Source: Ignicoccus pacificus DSM 13166
GTDB lineage: Archaea > Thermoproteota > Thermoprotei_A > Sulfolobales > Ignicoccaceae
Reading direction: 5' to 3'
DNA length: 32,000 bases
Assembly: GCA_025340205.1 (NCBI GenBank)
Contig: CP006868.1
Span: 510,001 to 542,000, forward strand
Part shown: positions 24,855 through 32,000 of the stretch, piece by piece
How positions within the stretch are numbered: position 1 is the first letter of the stretch
Layout of the letters: each line of letters begins with the position of its first letter
Program-made: the position numbers and the translations under genes
Notes under the pieces: model-generated
What the model saw: the letters and a program-made list of their open reading frames with translations, nothing else
What the model was told of the DNA's origin: nothing
Databases searched by the model: none

Positions 24855-25598
24855 GACGTACTTCTCCGTGAGCTCGTGCTTCGGTCTCGTAAATATCTCA
24901 CTGGTAGGTCCTACCTCCACGACCTTTCCGTCGTAGATGAAGGCCACGTAGTCGCTAATCCTTGCAGCTTGTTGAGGGTTGTGGGTGACTATGAGTACGG
25001 TGAACTCCTTCTTGAGCTCAACGATGTTCTCCTCTATCCTCTTCGTGGATACCACGTCTAGGGCTGAGGTGGGCTCGTCCATTAGCAATACCTTTGGCTT
25101 TAGCGCTATGGCCCTTGCTATACAAAGTCTCTGCTGCTGACCTCCGGAAAGCCTTCCGGCCTTCCTCTTGAGATCGTCCTTCACCTCGTCCCAAAGGTAA
25201 GCCCTTTTTAGAGACCATTCTACTAGCCTCTCAAGCTCTTCCTTACTCTTTACCATCTTGTGCATCTTGGGCCCAATTGCAACATTATCAAATATACTCA
25301 TATGAGGAAATGGGTTGGGCCTCTGGAAGACCATTCCAACCATCTTCCTAAGCTCATGGGGATCCATCTGGTAGACGTCTCTCCCTTCTAGCAATATCTT
25401 GCCCTCCACCTCCACGTCTGGGTACAAGTCCCAGAGTCTGTTGATAGCCCTTAACAGAGTGCTCTTTCCCGAGCCCGAGGGTCCCATTATGGCGAATATC
25501 GATCCTCTGGGAACCTCTAAGTCTATTCCCTTGAGTATTTCCTTACCGCTGATCTTCACCTTTAGTTTTTCTATCTTTAGTATTATGTCAGAACTCAT
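24840..25598 (-). CDS. pstB: Phosphate ABC transporter ATP-binding protein
   Basis: Motifs are GPSGSGKSTLLRAINR, the PstB-typical DLYPDVEVEGKILLEGRDVY and VGMVFQRPNPFP, LSGGQQQRLCIARA, LLMDEPTSALD and VTHN. It lies downstream of pstC and pstA. Confidence 0.93.
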   Translation of the reverse strand: MSSDIILKIEKLKVKISGKEILKGIDLEVPRGSIFAIMGPSGSGKSTLLRAINRLWDLYPDVEVEGKILLEGRDVYQMDPHELRKMVGMVFQRPNPFPHMSIFDNVAIGPKMHKMVKSKEELERLVEWSLKRAYLWDEVKDDLKRKAGRLSGGQQQRLCIARAIALKPKVLLMDEPTSALDVVSTKRIEENIVELKKEFTVLIVTHNPQQAARISDYVAFIYDGKVVEVGPTSEIFTRPKHELTEKYVLGKV

Positions 25599-26430
25599 GT
25601 TTCCTCACCACCAGCTTGCTTATTATTATTAATGGTAGTATTATCATAAAAACCAAAATAAAGGAAGCGGCCCAGCTCAGCTTTAACCAGAGTTCTTGGG
25701 AGCTGAAACCGAACTTGTATATGAGCACGCTCAGGCTAGCAGAGGGCTGGAAGGGATCTAAGCTCACCTTGTTGCTCCACCCGGCGGTAAAGAGCAAGGG
25801 AGCGGCTTCTCCGGCGGCCTTGGCTAGGGCTATTAACACTCCCGTTATGACTCCCGGAGCGACTAAGCCTCTGAGTATCTTGAAGAGTACCTTGGAGTAC
25901 GGTATTCCTAAGGCTAGACCTCCTTCTTTTATCAACTTCGGAACCTTCCTGTAAGCCTCGGCGGTGTAGAGCGCTATGTAGGGTATCATGATCAGCGAGA
26001 GGGCTACTGAGCCAGCTATGGCGGAAAAGCCTTGAGTGGGGACTACTATGAGCCAGTAGATGGCTATTCCGGCAGCTATGGTAGGAACCTCCACCAGCAA
26101 GGAAGCGACGTGCTCGGCCGCCTTAGCAAGCCTAGTGTAGTAGAACTCTGAGATGAGTACTCCGGCGAGGAATCCTATGGGGAAGGATATCAGCAACGCT
26201 ATAAACACTATCATCAGTGTGCCTACTATTGCTGGCGCCAAGCCCACCTCAGGAGGGGGCCCGAAGAAGAAGACTGGGGGCGGTATGTTGGCAGTAAATA
26301 GTTGCACTCCGTAGTGGAGGACCACCGGTAAGCCGTTTACCAGTATCGCTCCTAGCACCCAGAGGAGGAGACCCAAGGCGAGGAAGCTGAGGAGGTATAT
26401 CGCAAGTATTCCAGGATGCACCTTACGCAT
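25588..26430 (-). CDS. pstA: Phosphate ABC transporter permease PstA
   Basis: A multi-TM protein of 280 aa, second permease in the pstC-pstA-pstB order, with overlapping start and stop codons. An EAA-like segment EAYRKVPKLIKEGGLALG is present. Confidence 0.8.
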   Translation of the reverse strand: MRKVHPGILAIYLLSFLALGLLLWVLGAILVNGLPVVLHYGVQLFTANIPPPVFFFGPPPEVGLAPAIVGTLMIVFIALLISFPIGFLAGVLISEFYYTRLAKAAEHVASLLVEVPTIAAGIAIYWLIVVPTQGFSAIAGSVALSLIMIPYIALYTAEAYRKVPKLIKEGGLALGIPYSKVLFKILRGLVAPGVITGVLIALAKAAGEAAPLLFTAGWSNKVSLDPFQPSASLSVLIYKFGFSSQELWLKLSWAASFILVFMIILPLIIISKLVVRKHEF

Positions 26431-27355
26431 GGATCTCAGCCTCCACGAAGTTCTTGCTTATCTTCCTACCTAGGTAGAGCAAAACAGATCCCATCGCTAT
26501 TAGGATCACTATTAAGGCTGTTAGAGCTTCGCTGTGCGAGGGATTCATCATTGCTTCTTGGAACTCGTTAACAACTATGGAAGTTATCGTTGCTCCCCTG
26601 CACAGAAGGCAAGGCTTGAACGGTCCGACGGAGTTCCCTATGAGCATGGTAACTGCCATCGTCTCTCCCAGAGCCCTTCCAGCTGCTATTATCACTCCCG
26701 CCAGTATTGATGACTTTATGTAGGACAGGGTCATTTTTATTGCATCCCACTTGCTTCCTCCTAAGGCGTAAACAGCTTCAATCATGTCCTTGGGAGTCAT
26801 CTCGTAGGCGTTCCTTATTATCGCTGAAGCGTAGGGAGTTATCATCAGCGCTAGCACCAAGACGGCGGTCATGAAACACTGGGGAGTTATTGCATTAGTA
26901 GAGAATAATGTGGAGAGTAGTGGAACGCCGGAGAACGCCGACTGGAGGAGGGGGTACACCGTGGAGGCCAACAAGGGTCCGAATATCATCAATCCCCAAT
27001 AGCCGTAGACCACGCTCGGAATCGCGGCGATTAGGTCCACGAGTCCTCCAAAGAGTCCCCTGAGCCTTCGAGGGGAGAGGTCGCTGGCGAAGACCGCTAG
27101 GGAGACCGCTAGCGGCGTTGCTAGCAGCGTGGACCAGAAGGTCACCCAGAGGCTTCCTAGTATGAACTGGAGGCCCCCGAACTGATTCATCATGGGGCTC
27201 CAGTCCATTGAGGTGACGAGCTCGACTCCTCTCTTGAGGAGGAAGGTATAGCTGTTAGCTAAGAGGGGGAAGAGAACGACGAAGATAGCGGCTAATACTA
27301 AAACTCCTCCTATTCCTAGAAGCGCTAGCAGTCGTCGTTCCTTTATTCGAGTCAT
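26423..27355 (-). CDS. pstC: Phosphate ABC transporter permease PstC
   Basis: A multi-TM protein of 310 aa and the first permease. The EAA-like segment is IRNAYEMTPKDMIEAVYALGGSKW. Confidence 0.8.
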   Translation of the reverse strand: MTRIKERRLLALLGIGGVLVLAAIFVVLFPLLANSYTFLLKRGVELVTSMDWSPMMNQFGGLQFILGSLWVTFWSTLLATPLAVSLAVFASDLSPRRLRGLFGGLVDLIAAIPSVVYGYWGLMIFGPLLASTVYPLLQSAFSGVPLLSTLFSTNAITPQCFMTAVLVLALMITPYASAIIRNAYEMTPKDMIEAVYALGGSKWDAIKMTLSYIKSSILAGVIIAAGRALGETMAVTMLIGNSVGPFKPCLLCRGATITSIVVNEFQEAMMNPSHSEALTALIVILIAMGSVLLYLGRKISKNFVEAEIHA

Positions 27356-27404
27356 CTTTCCCGGTCGCCCCTTCGAGCAAGGGCTTAAGACTCTGTCTTC
27401 TGAG

Positions 27405-28100
27405 TTAGAGCACGAAAGCGAAGATCACTGAGACGCTGAACATAGCTATCCATAACATCATGTTGCCTCTGAACACCTTCGCTCCGTCGAGGGGATCCAA
27501 AGGCAACAAGTTGAAGACAGCTAGGTACCAATTGATTGAAGCTATCATGTAGAATGGAATGTATCCGGTTGTCATGTGGAGGAAGGTGAAGATCAAACCT
27601 ATTATTATGTTGCTCGCTGGCCCAGCGGCCGCTATCCAAGCCTCCGGGTTGGAGGTCTCTACTGGAAGTCCCATCCTAGCTCTTCTGTAAAGGTAAGGAC
27701 ATGTGAACATAACTGCCCCGGGCGCGGCGAATACGAACCTTCCCAAGGTTATTACGCCTAGGAACAAGGCGAGGGCCAAGCCCATTGGCCAGAGGACGTA
27801 CTCCGCCAAGCACCCAAACCTCTTCGCCACCTCTCTATGAGCGAGCTCGTGGAAGACGAAGCCTAGGCCAACGGCTACCATGCTCCAGAAGAAGTACTCT
27901 ACGTATCCATAAACCAAGAACCTTATCCCAAACGCTATGCTGAGGACTATCCAAGAGAGCAACAGTCCTTGGAGTCCATAAGTCCACTTGGAGGGGATCT
28001 GCGCCCTTGGAACGTACATACCCTTTGCCCCGCTTCCGAGGGGGCACCTCCAAATTAAGCGGTGTGGAAGGAAAGGGTCCGTGCCGGTCCACCTCTTCAC
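27405..28100 (-). CDS. M50-family (site-2 protease-like) membrane zinc metalloprotease
   Basis: The HExxH motif occurs within a TM segment (FVFHELAHREVA), together with the second M50 motif FNLLPLDPLDGAKV. The start is uncertain; an alternative ATG at 28019 (MYVPRAQ...) would remove an atypical 27-aa leader. Confidence 0.8.
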   Translation of the reverse strand: MKRWTGTDPFLPHRLIWRCPLGSGAKGMYVPRAQIPSKWTYGLQGLLLSWIVLSIAFGIRFLVYGYVEYFFWSMVAVGLGFVFHELAHREVAKRFGCLAEYVLWPMGLALALFLGVITLGRFVFAAPGAVMFTCPYLYRRARMGLPVETSNPEAWIAAAGPASNIIIGLIFTFLHMTTGYIPFYMIASINWYLAVFNLLPLDPLDGAKVFRGNMMLWIAMFSVSVIFAFVL

Positions 28101-28126
28101 CTCTCAGACGCGGAGGTCACCTCTCC

Positions 28127-29197
28127 TCATCCCCTCCAGCAAGCCCCTCTAACCTTCAACGTGAAGGGTTCCCCTATCTTCCCCTCGAGCTCCAGCTCCG
28201 CCTCCGGCAATATCTTCTTCACTACGTGGACGTGAGTCCAGGCGTGCATAGTCAGCTTGGCCCCTCCCACCTCCGCCTCTCCGCAAGACAGGGCTAAGTA
28301 AGGGATTATCATGTCGCTCATGTGTCTGTCCAACGCTTTCTTCGTGGATAAGTCTTCAATCAGCTTCGTCGCTGCCTCCTCCCCGACCTTCTCCGCCGGC
28401 TTCCCCCTAGCTCCCAAGGAATCTCCTCCGAGCAAACTCCTCTCCGCTATCGCCCACAGCACTATTCCGCTCCCAGGACCCAAGTGAGGATCCCTTTCCC
28501 TAGGGTACCATTCCAAGTCTATTTGGACGTTCTCGTAACCGCTTCTCTTTAAGAGCTCCTCCGCTGCCCTCGCTTGCCTCTCCGCCACGTGCTTGGGAAG
28601 TCTGACGCAGTGGGAGAGACCCCTTATCTTGATCACCTCTCCTCTCTCCAGCTCCCCCCAAGGTCTGAGCATCCTAGGAGGGGATGGAACCTCGAACTCG
28701 ACTATCCCTCCTCCCTTTGGGTAGTGTCCTCTTCTCTTTAAGATAATGTTAATATCAGCCCCGAATTTGCTCAAGATGGGCTCAAACACGAAGCGGAGAT
28801 AGTCTATGGGAGGGCTCATCGGTACGTCCGTCCCTCCTCTCAACCACACCTTCACTGGTTCTGGGGCGAATAAGGCAGCTGGCGTTATCGCTTGGATTAC
28901 CAAGCTAACGCTTCCAGCGGTTCCTATGTCGAACCTATAATTGCCTCCTTTCAACCTCTTAGGGATAAACACCAATTCCTTGGAACCGACCTCAAGTCCC
29001 TTTACCTCCGCATCCGTCATCTCCGCCAACGCCTTAACTGCTGTGAAGTGCTGCCTCCTGAGACCGGGGTTCTTTCTTTTAGCCCTAATATTGAATATTC
29101 TGACTGGTCTTAAGGTGACAGCTGAGAGGGCTATGGAGGTCCTCAGTATTTGTCCTCCCCCTTCTCCGAAGGAGCCATCAATTTCTATGATCTTCAA
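28127..29197 (-). CDS. rtcA: RNA 3'-terminal phosphate cyclase
   Basis: The N-terminus [47 protein letters not shown] is the RtcA signature. Also present are [12 protein letters not shown] and [15 protein letters not shown] (the catalytic His region). Confidence 0.92.
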   Translation of the reverse strand: MKIIEIDGSFGEGGGQILRTSIALSAVTLRPVRIFNIRAKRKNPGLRRQHFTAVKALAEMTDAEVKGLEVGSKELVFIPKRLKGGNYRFDIGTAGSVSLVIQAITPAALFAPEPVKVWLRGGTDVPMSPPIDYLRFVFEPILSKFGADINIILKRRGHYPKGGGIVEFEVPSPPRMLRPWGELERGEVIKIRGLSHCVRLPKHVAERQARAAEELLKRSGYENVQIDLEWYPRERDPHLGPGSGIVLWAIAERSLLGGDSLGARGKPAEKVGEEAATKLIEDLSTKKALDRHMSDMIIPYLALSCGEAEVGGAKLTMHAWTHVHVVKKILPEAELELEGKIGEPFTLKVRGACWRG

Positions 29198-29288
29198 GCT
29201 ATCCCCGTGGGGACGGATTTATGCTTAGTTAAGAGCTCGAAGCCTCTATATTCTACCACGCAGGTAACAATCAAGGGATTGGAGAGAG

Positions 29289-29933
29289 TTGACGCTCGAG
29301 CCCTTGGCGATAGCCGGAGGTATCACGGGGGCGATAGAGGTCGCGGCCGGAATTGTAGCGATCCTCAACGCTAGAGACAAACTCTACAGCTGGCTCAAGC
29401 TCTTCGGAATAGGCGCCCTCCTCTTGGGCGTTGGCCAGATCGTGTGCAAGCTCATAGGTCATGGAATTCTTGGAACGCCGATCACGTTTGCGATAGGGAT
29501 ACCATTTAAGACTCTGGGACTTTCAATACTCATTTACTCAATACTCAAAGCAATAGATTTCCCATATATGAAGTTAGCGGTGGCGTTGATAGCCTTCTCA
29601 GCGATCTACTTTATGATAGGAAGCATATACTCCCTTGGCGTTACGGCTAGATATCATAATGCAGTACTCTTCGGCATCCCTCACCTCCTCTTCCTCACCG
29701 TATTGCCTTGGTTAACCGCGAGCGCCTTGTTCTACATATATAAGACCATGAAGGATAGGGGAGCCTTAACCTTCGGAATAGGTCTACTCCTCTATGGATT
29801 AGCTACTATTGTAATAATGTACTTGATATTCAAGGGAGCGAGTATGTTTGAAGCGATGACGTTAGGATTGGGACTGAGGGGTCTCGGAGTGGCGGTAATG
29901 CTCTTGGGCTTCTTCATTGCCGAAATGGAGTAA
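29289..29933 (+). CDS. Polytopic membrane protein (about 6-7 TM), function unknown
   Basis: Hydrophobic helices run throughout the protein. The start is TTG. No catalytic motif was recognised. Confidence 0.6.
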   Translation: MTLEPLAIAGGITGAIEVAAGIVAILNARDKLYSWLKLFGIGALLLGVGQIVCKLIGHGILGTPITFAIGIPFKTLGLSILIYSILKAIDFPYMKLAVALIAFSAIYFMIGSIYSLGVTARYHNAVLFGIPHLLFLTVLPWLTASALFYIYKTMKDRGALTFGIGLLLYGLATIVIMYLIFKGASMFEAMTLGLGLRGLGVAVMLLGFFIAEME

Positions 29934-29975
29934 ACCATGATACCTCTTTCTCATTCCGGTAATACCAATTGAGAG

Positions 29976-29988
29976 AATAATATATTTA
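29976..29988 (+). promoter_or_regulatory. TATA-like box upstream of the 30023 CDS
   Basis: AATAATATATTTA lies 35-47 nt upstream of the GTG at 30023, and a GAGGTAGGGGG purine tract lies just before the start. Confidence 0.35.
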
Positions 29989-30022
29989 CCACGGGAGCGT
30001 AAGTGAGGTAGGGGGCCGCCCG

Positions 30023-30661
30023 GTGAACGTCGCAGAGGCTAGAGCGAGAGAGTTCCTCGAAAGGTATGGCGAGAAGGGGGAGCTCGTCCTCCGGGCGGCC
30101 CTCGAGACCGCTGAGGAATATAGGAAGACCGGAAAGGACGTCCTTGGGGATTTCGATTACAAGGGTGTTGTGAGGAAGCTCAAGCTCTACGGTCTCGAAT
30201 ACAATCCCTCCCCTCTCCTTTCCAAGCTTGAGAAGGAGTACTCCCTAATTGAGACAACCTACAAGAGCTCGGGTCAGCACTGGTGGAGGTTCGTAGATGA
30301 GGAGTCCATAAGGCTGGCCCTCGAGGGAGATGACGAGGAGGAGCTGGAGGACCCAGAGGTAGCCGTACTGAAGGTCCAAATAGCAGCACTAGAGCTCGAT
30401 GAAGTAAAGGAAAGACTGCTAAAGATTTTGAACAAGAAGAAGATGAGCGTAGCTGACAAGAAGTGGTTCAAGAACTTCGCCTTCGAGACTTTACCTCTAA
30501 TAGCCCAAGTTGCTCAAAAGGTCCTCGAAGAGGGATATGAGGACGATCCAGAGCTCCTGGAGCCGGTGAGAGTTCTTCAGCTGGCGATGAAAGTTGCGAA
30601 GGTTGCGAAGGTAAAGGCAGTGAGAAAGTTAGAGCTACCGGCTTTGAAGGTCGAAGAGTGA
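30023..30661 (+). CDS. Hypothetical acidic helical protein (212 aa)
   Basis: A long ORF with core-like composition. The central acidic tract is EGDDEEELEDPE. No family was recognised. Confidence 0.6.
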   Translation: MNVAEARAREFLERYGEKGELVLRAALETAEEYRKTGKDVLGDFDYKGVVRKLKLYGLEYNPSPLLSKLEKEYSLIETTYKSSGQHWWRFVDEESIRLALEGDDEEELEDPEVAVLKVQIAALELDEVKERLLKILNKKKMSVADKKWFKNFAFETLPLIAQVAQKVLEEGYEDDPELLEPVRVLQLAMKVAKVAKVKAVRKLELPALKVEE

Positions 30662-30663
30662 AG

Positions 30664-30873
30664 CTAAGGGGATGAGAGGGTTCCTTGAGTAGCTTGCTGG
30701 GCGAGTAAGAGCCTCTGCTGCTCGACGGTCCACCATATGTTCATAAACCAAGCCATAACAGCTATTGTCATGAGGAATGTAATGAAGAGGAACAAGTTGA
30801 GGGGCGTTAGGTACTCGGCGATCAAGTCGGTGATCAAACCCTTCCGAAGCTTTCTCATCAGTTTCCCCACCAC
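30664..30873 (-). CDS. Small single-pass membrane protein (69 aa), tentative
   Basis: A basic N-terminus (MRKLRKG) is followed by one clear TM helix (LNLFLFITFLMTIAVMAWFMNIWW). This frame is preferred over the overlapping 94-aa frame, which has no protein-like features. Confidence 0.4.
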   Translation of the reverse strand: MVGKLMRKLRKGLITDLIAEYLTPLNLFLFITFLMTIAVMAWFMNIWWTVEQQRLLLAQQATQGTLSSP

Positions 30874-30930
30874 GCTCTAGCGCTGAATTACTTATTTTTT
30901 CAACAGCTCCCTTAAGCACCGGTAGAGGCT

Positions 30931-31542
30931 ATGGCTCTTCTGACTTTCAAAAACGTTGCTAAGAGGTACCTCTACGACTACGTAATTAAAGACTTCAACT
31001 TGGAGGTGGGGTATAGCGAAGTGGTGAGGCTCGAGGGACCTAACGGCTCCGGAAAGACTACCCTGCTGAAGCTCGCTGCTGGAATAGAAAGGCCGAGCGA
31101 GGGAGAGGTTCTGATCGAGGAACTCCCTCCGTGGCATCTAGAGAGCAAGAGGAAGATGGGAGTTGTAATGCACAATAACATGACTTATGCAGAGCTTACG
31201 GTAAGGGAGAACTTAGAATTCTTCGCTTCCCTTTATGGTGTTAATCTAGACGAAGCGATGAGGTTGAGCAAAGAAGTAGGTCTCGATAAAAGGATGGAAC
31301 AAAGGGCAGGGGAGCTGAGCTTCGGGTGGAGGAAGAGGTTAGAGCTGGTCAGAGCCCTAATGCACAATCCCAAGCTGATACTCCTCGACGAGCCCTTCGT
31401 AGGCCTCGATACTCCGGGTAAGGAAGCATTGCTCAAGCTACTAAGGGAAGCCTTGAGGAAGGGATCCACTGTGGTTTACACGGCTCCGGTTGGATCCGAG
31501 GGGAGGGTAAGCGAGGAAGAAAAAGTAGTTAGGTTAGTATAG
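30931..31542 (+). CDS. Short ABC transporter ATP-binding protein (CcmA/ABC-2-like, 203 aa)
   Basis: Walker A is GPNGSGKTTLLKLAAG. The signature variant is LSFGWRKRLELVRA. Walker B is LILLDEPFVGLD. The H-loop position reads VVYTAP, with no His. Confidence 0.8.
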   Translation: MALLTFKNVAKRYLYDYVIKDFNLEVGYSEVVRLEGPNGSGKTTLLKLAAGIERPSEGEVLIEELPPWHLESKRKMGVVMHNNMTYAELTVRENLEFFASLYGVNLDEAMRLSKEVGLDKRMEQRAGELSFGWRKRLELVRALMHNPKLILLDEPFVGLDTPGKEALLKLLREALRKGSTVVYTAPVGSEGRVSEEEKVVRLV

Positions 31543-31543
31543 C

Positions 31544-31732
31544 TCACTCTCCTGAATTATCAGCCATGGCTTCGGCTATGGTATCAAAGAGCTCCCTCAA
31601 AAGAGTCCTAATCAATTGCTTACAACGCTCGTCCTTAGGATTCTCACAACCCACTTTGTCCCAGTCGATAGTCACCTCTATCCCAACCCTCACGCCTTCC
31701 CACTCGTCTTGGAGACGGTGGACCTCTCTCAC
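31544..31732 (-). CDS. Small hypothetical protein (62 aa)
   Basis: An ORF with an ATG start. A minus-strand AATATAAAAATT TATA-like box (about 31765..31776) lies roughly 35-45 nt upstream. No motif was recognised. Confidence 0.4.
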   Translation of the reverse strand: MREVHRLQDEWEGVRVGIEVTIDWDKVGCENPKDERCKQLIRTLLRELFDTIAEAMADNSGE

Positions 31733-31816
31733 TTCTCTCCGCCACTACTTGCTCTGCATTTGAGAATTTTTATATTCAGTCTCTCTATCCATATAGGAGA
31801 ATGGAGAGAAAGATAT

Positions 31817-32000
31817 TTAATGTTGTTGACCCTCCTTTTTCAATTCCCTTACCGCCTCAGCTATCGCCTCAAGACCGTAACTGAGCTCATTTAGTGGTGC
31901 GGAGTAGCTTATCCTCAAGGAATCCCATCCGTATTTCTCGGAGAACACCTTACCCGGTATCGTTATCACGCCCTTCTCGGCGAGCTTTAGGGCCAACTTC
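31817..32000 (-). CDS. 3' end of a class I/II aminotransferase-like CDS (partial)
   Basis: Manual reverse translation gives KLALKLAEKGVITIPGKVFSEKYGWDSLRISYSAPLNELSYGLEAIAEAVRELKKEGQQH followed by a stop (TAA at 31819..31817). The pattern G..pG..F.......lRiSya......l.eal.rl is the usual aminotransferase C-terminus. Confidence 0.6.
   Translation of the reverse strand, partial: KLALKLAEKGVITIPGKVFSEKYGWDSLRISYSAPLNELSYGLEAIAEAVRELKKEGQQH

Noticed and set aside
24255-28297. Alternative-frame or antisense ORFs in the PaREP1/pst/M50 region (24255..24458, 24876..25061, 25018..25218, 25399..25632, 25616..25954, 26568..26750, 27385..27639, 27576..27761, 27835..28092, 28007..28297).
   Set aside because: They overlap genes with unambiguous family motifs (PstB Walker/signature, the PstA/PstC EAA loops, M50 HExxH), and their translations are Arg/Ser/Pro-rich shadows.
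28892-29462. ORFs 28892..29113, 28941..29228, 29150..29374 and 29271..29462 around rtcA and the membrane-protein gene.
   Set aside because: They are antisense or off-frame relative to rtcA and the 214-aa membrane protein, with no supporting motifs.
30180-31894. ORFs 30180..30389, 30274..30471, 30635..30919, 30892..31137, 30978..31181, 31233..31469, 31566..31763 and 31616..31894.
   Set aside because: They are shadows of the 212-aa gene, the ABC ATPase gene or the 62-aa ORF. The 94-aa frame (30635..30919) was weighed against the 69-aa single-TM frame and looks random.
1-32000. I looked for CRISPR arrays, rRNA or tRNA genes, transposases or integrases, and long DNA-level repeats.
   Set aside because: No regularly spaced direct repeats, no tRNA-like GC-rich cloverleaf candidates in the intergenic regions, and no transposase or integrase motifs were seen. 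The only DNA repeats noted are short ones, which are reported separately.

Overview
This window looks like compact archaeal chromosome, probably from a hyperthermophilic crenarchaeon. That assignment is inferred from class III (prepilin-like) signal peptides, TATA boxes about 26-35 nt upstream of start codons, frequent GTG/TTG starts, a PaREP1-like gene, and secreted proteins very dense in N-x-S/T sequons. Housekeeping genes are argS, an AIR-synthase-related gene, proC, pstCAB, an M50 protease, rtcA, an Opp/Dpp-type permease pair and an ABC ATPase. Three accessory regions stand out. (1) At 231-10714 (minus strand) there is a three-gene operon whose products all carry prepilin-like N-termini. 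The last product is a 3063-aa cysteine-cluster-bearing giant protein with legume-lectin-like (GFSATTG) and DUF2341-like modules, and an RHH regulator is divergently encoded next to the operon. (2) At 14974-17295 there is a 773-aa two-lobed beta-propeller surface protein with a Thr-rich linker and a C-terminal anchor. (3) At about 17296-20466 there is an AT-rich islet carrying a translationally coupled pair: an ABC-type (AAA_15/21-like) ATPase and a Toprim-like protein with EGxxD, DxD and WLLLW motifs. This is the split-OLD architecture of bacterial PARIS (AriAB) and AbiL defence systems, here with atypical catalytic motifs, a novel C-terminal extension and a GC-rich structured element upstream. 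I consider (3) the best candidate for an undescribed system, with the pilin-fused giant adhesin locus second. No rRNA, tRNA, CRISPR array or transposase was seen. All domain calls rest on motifs read by eye, since no searches could be run.
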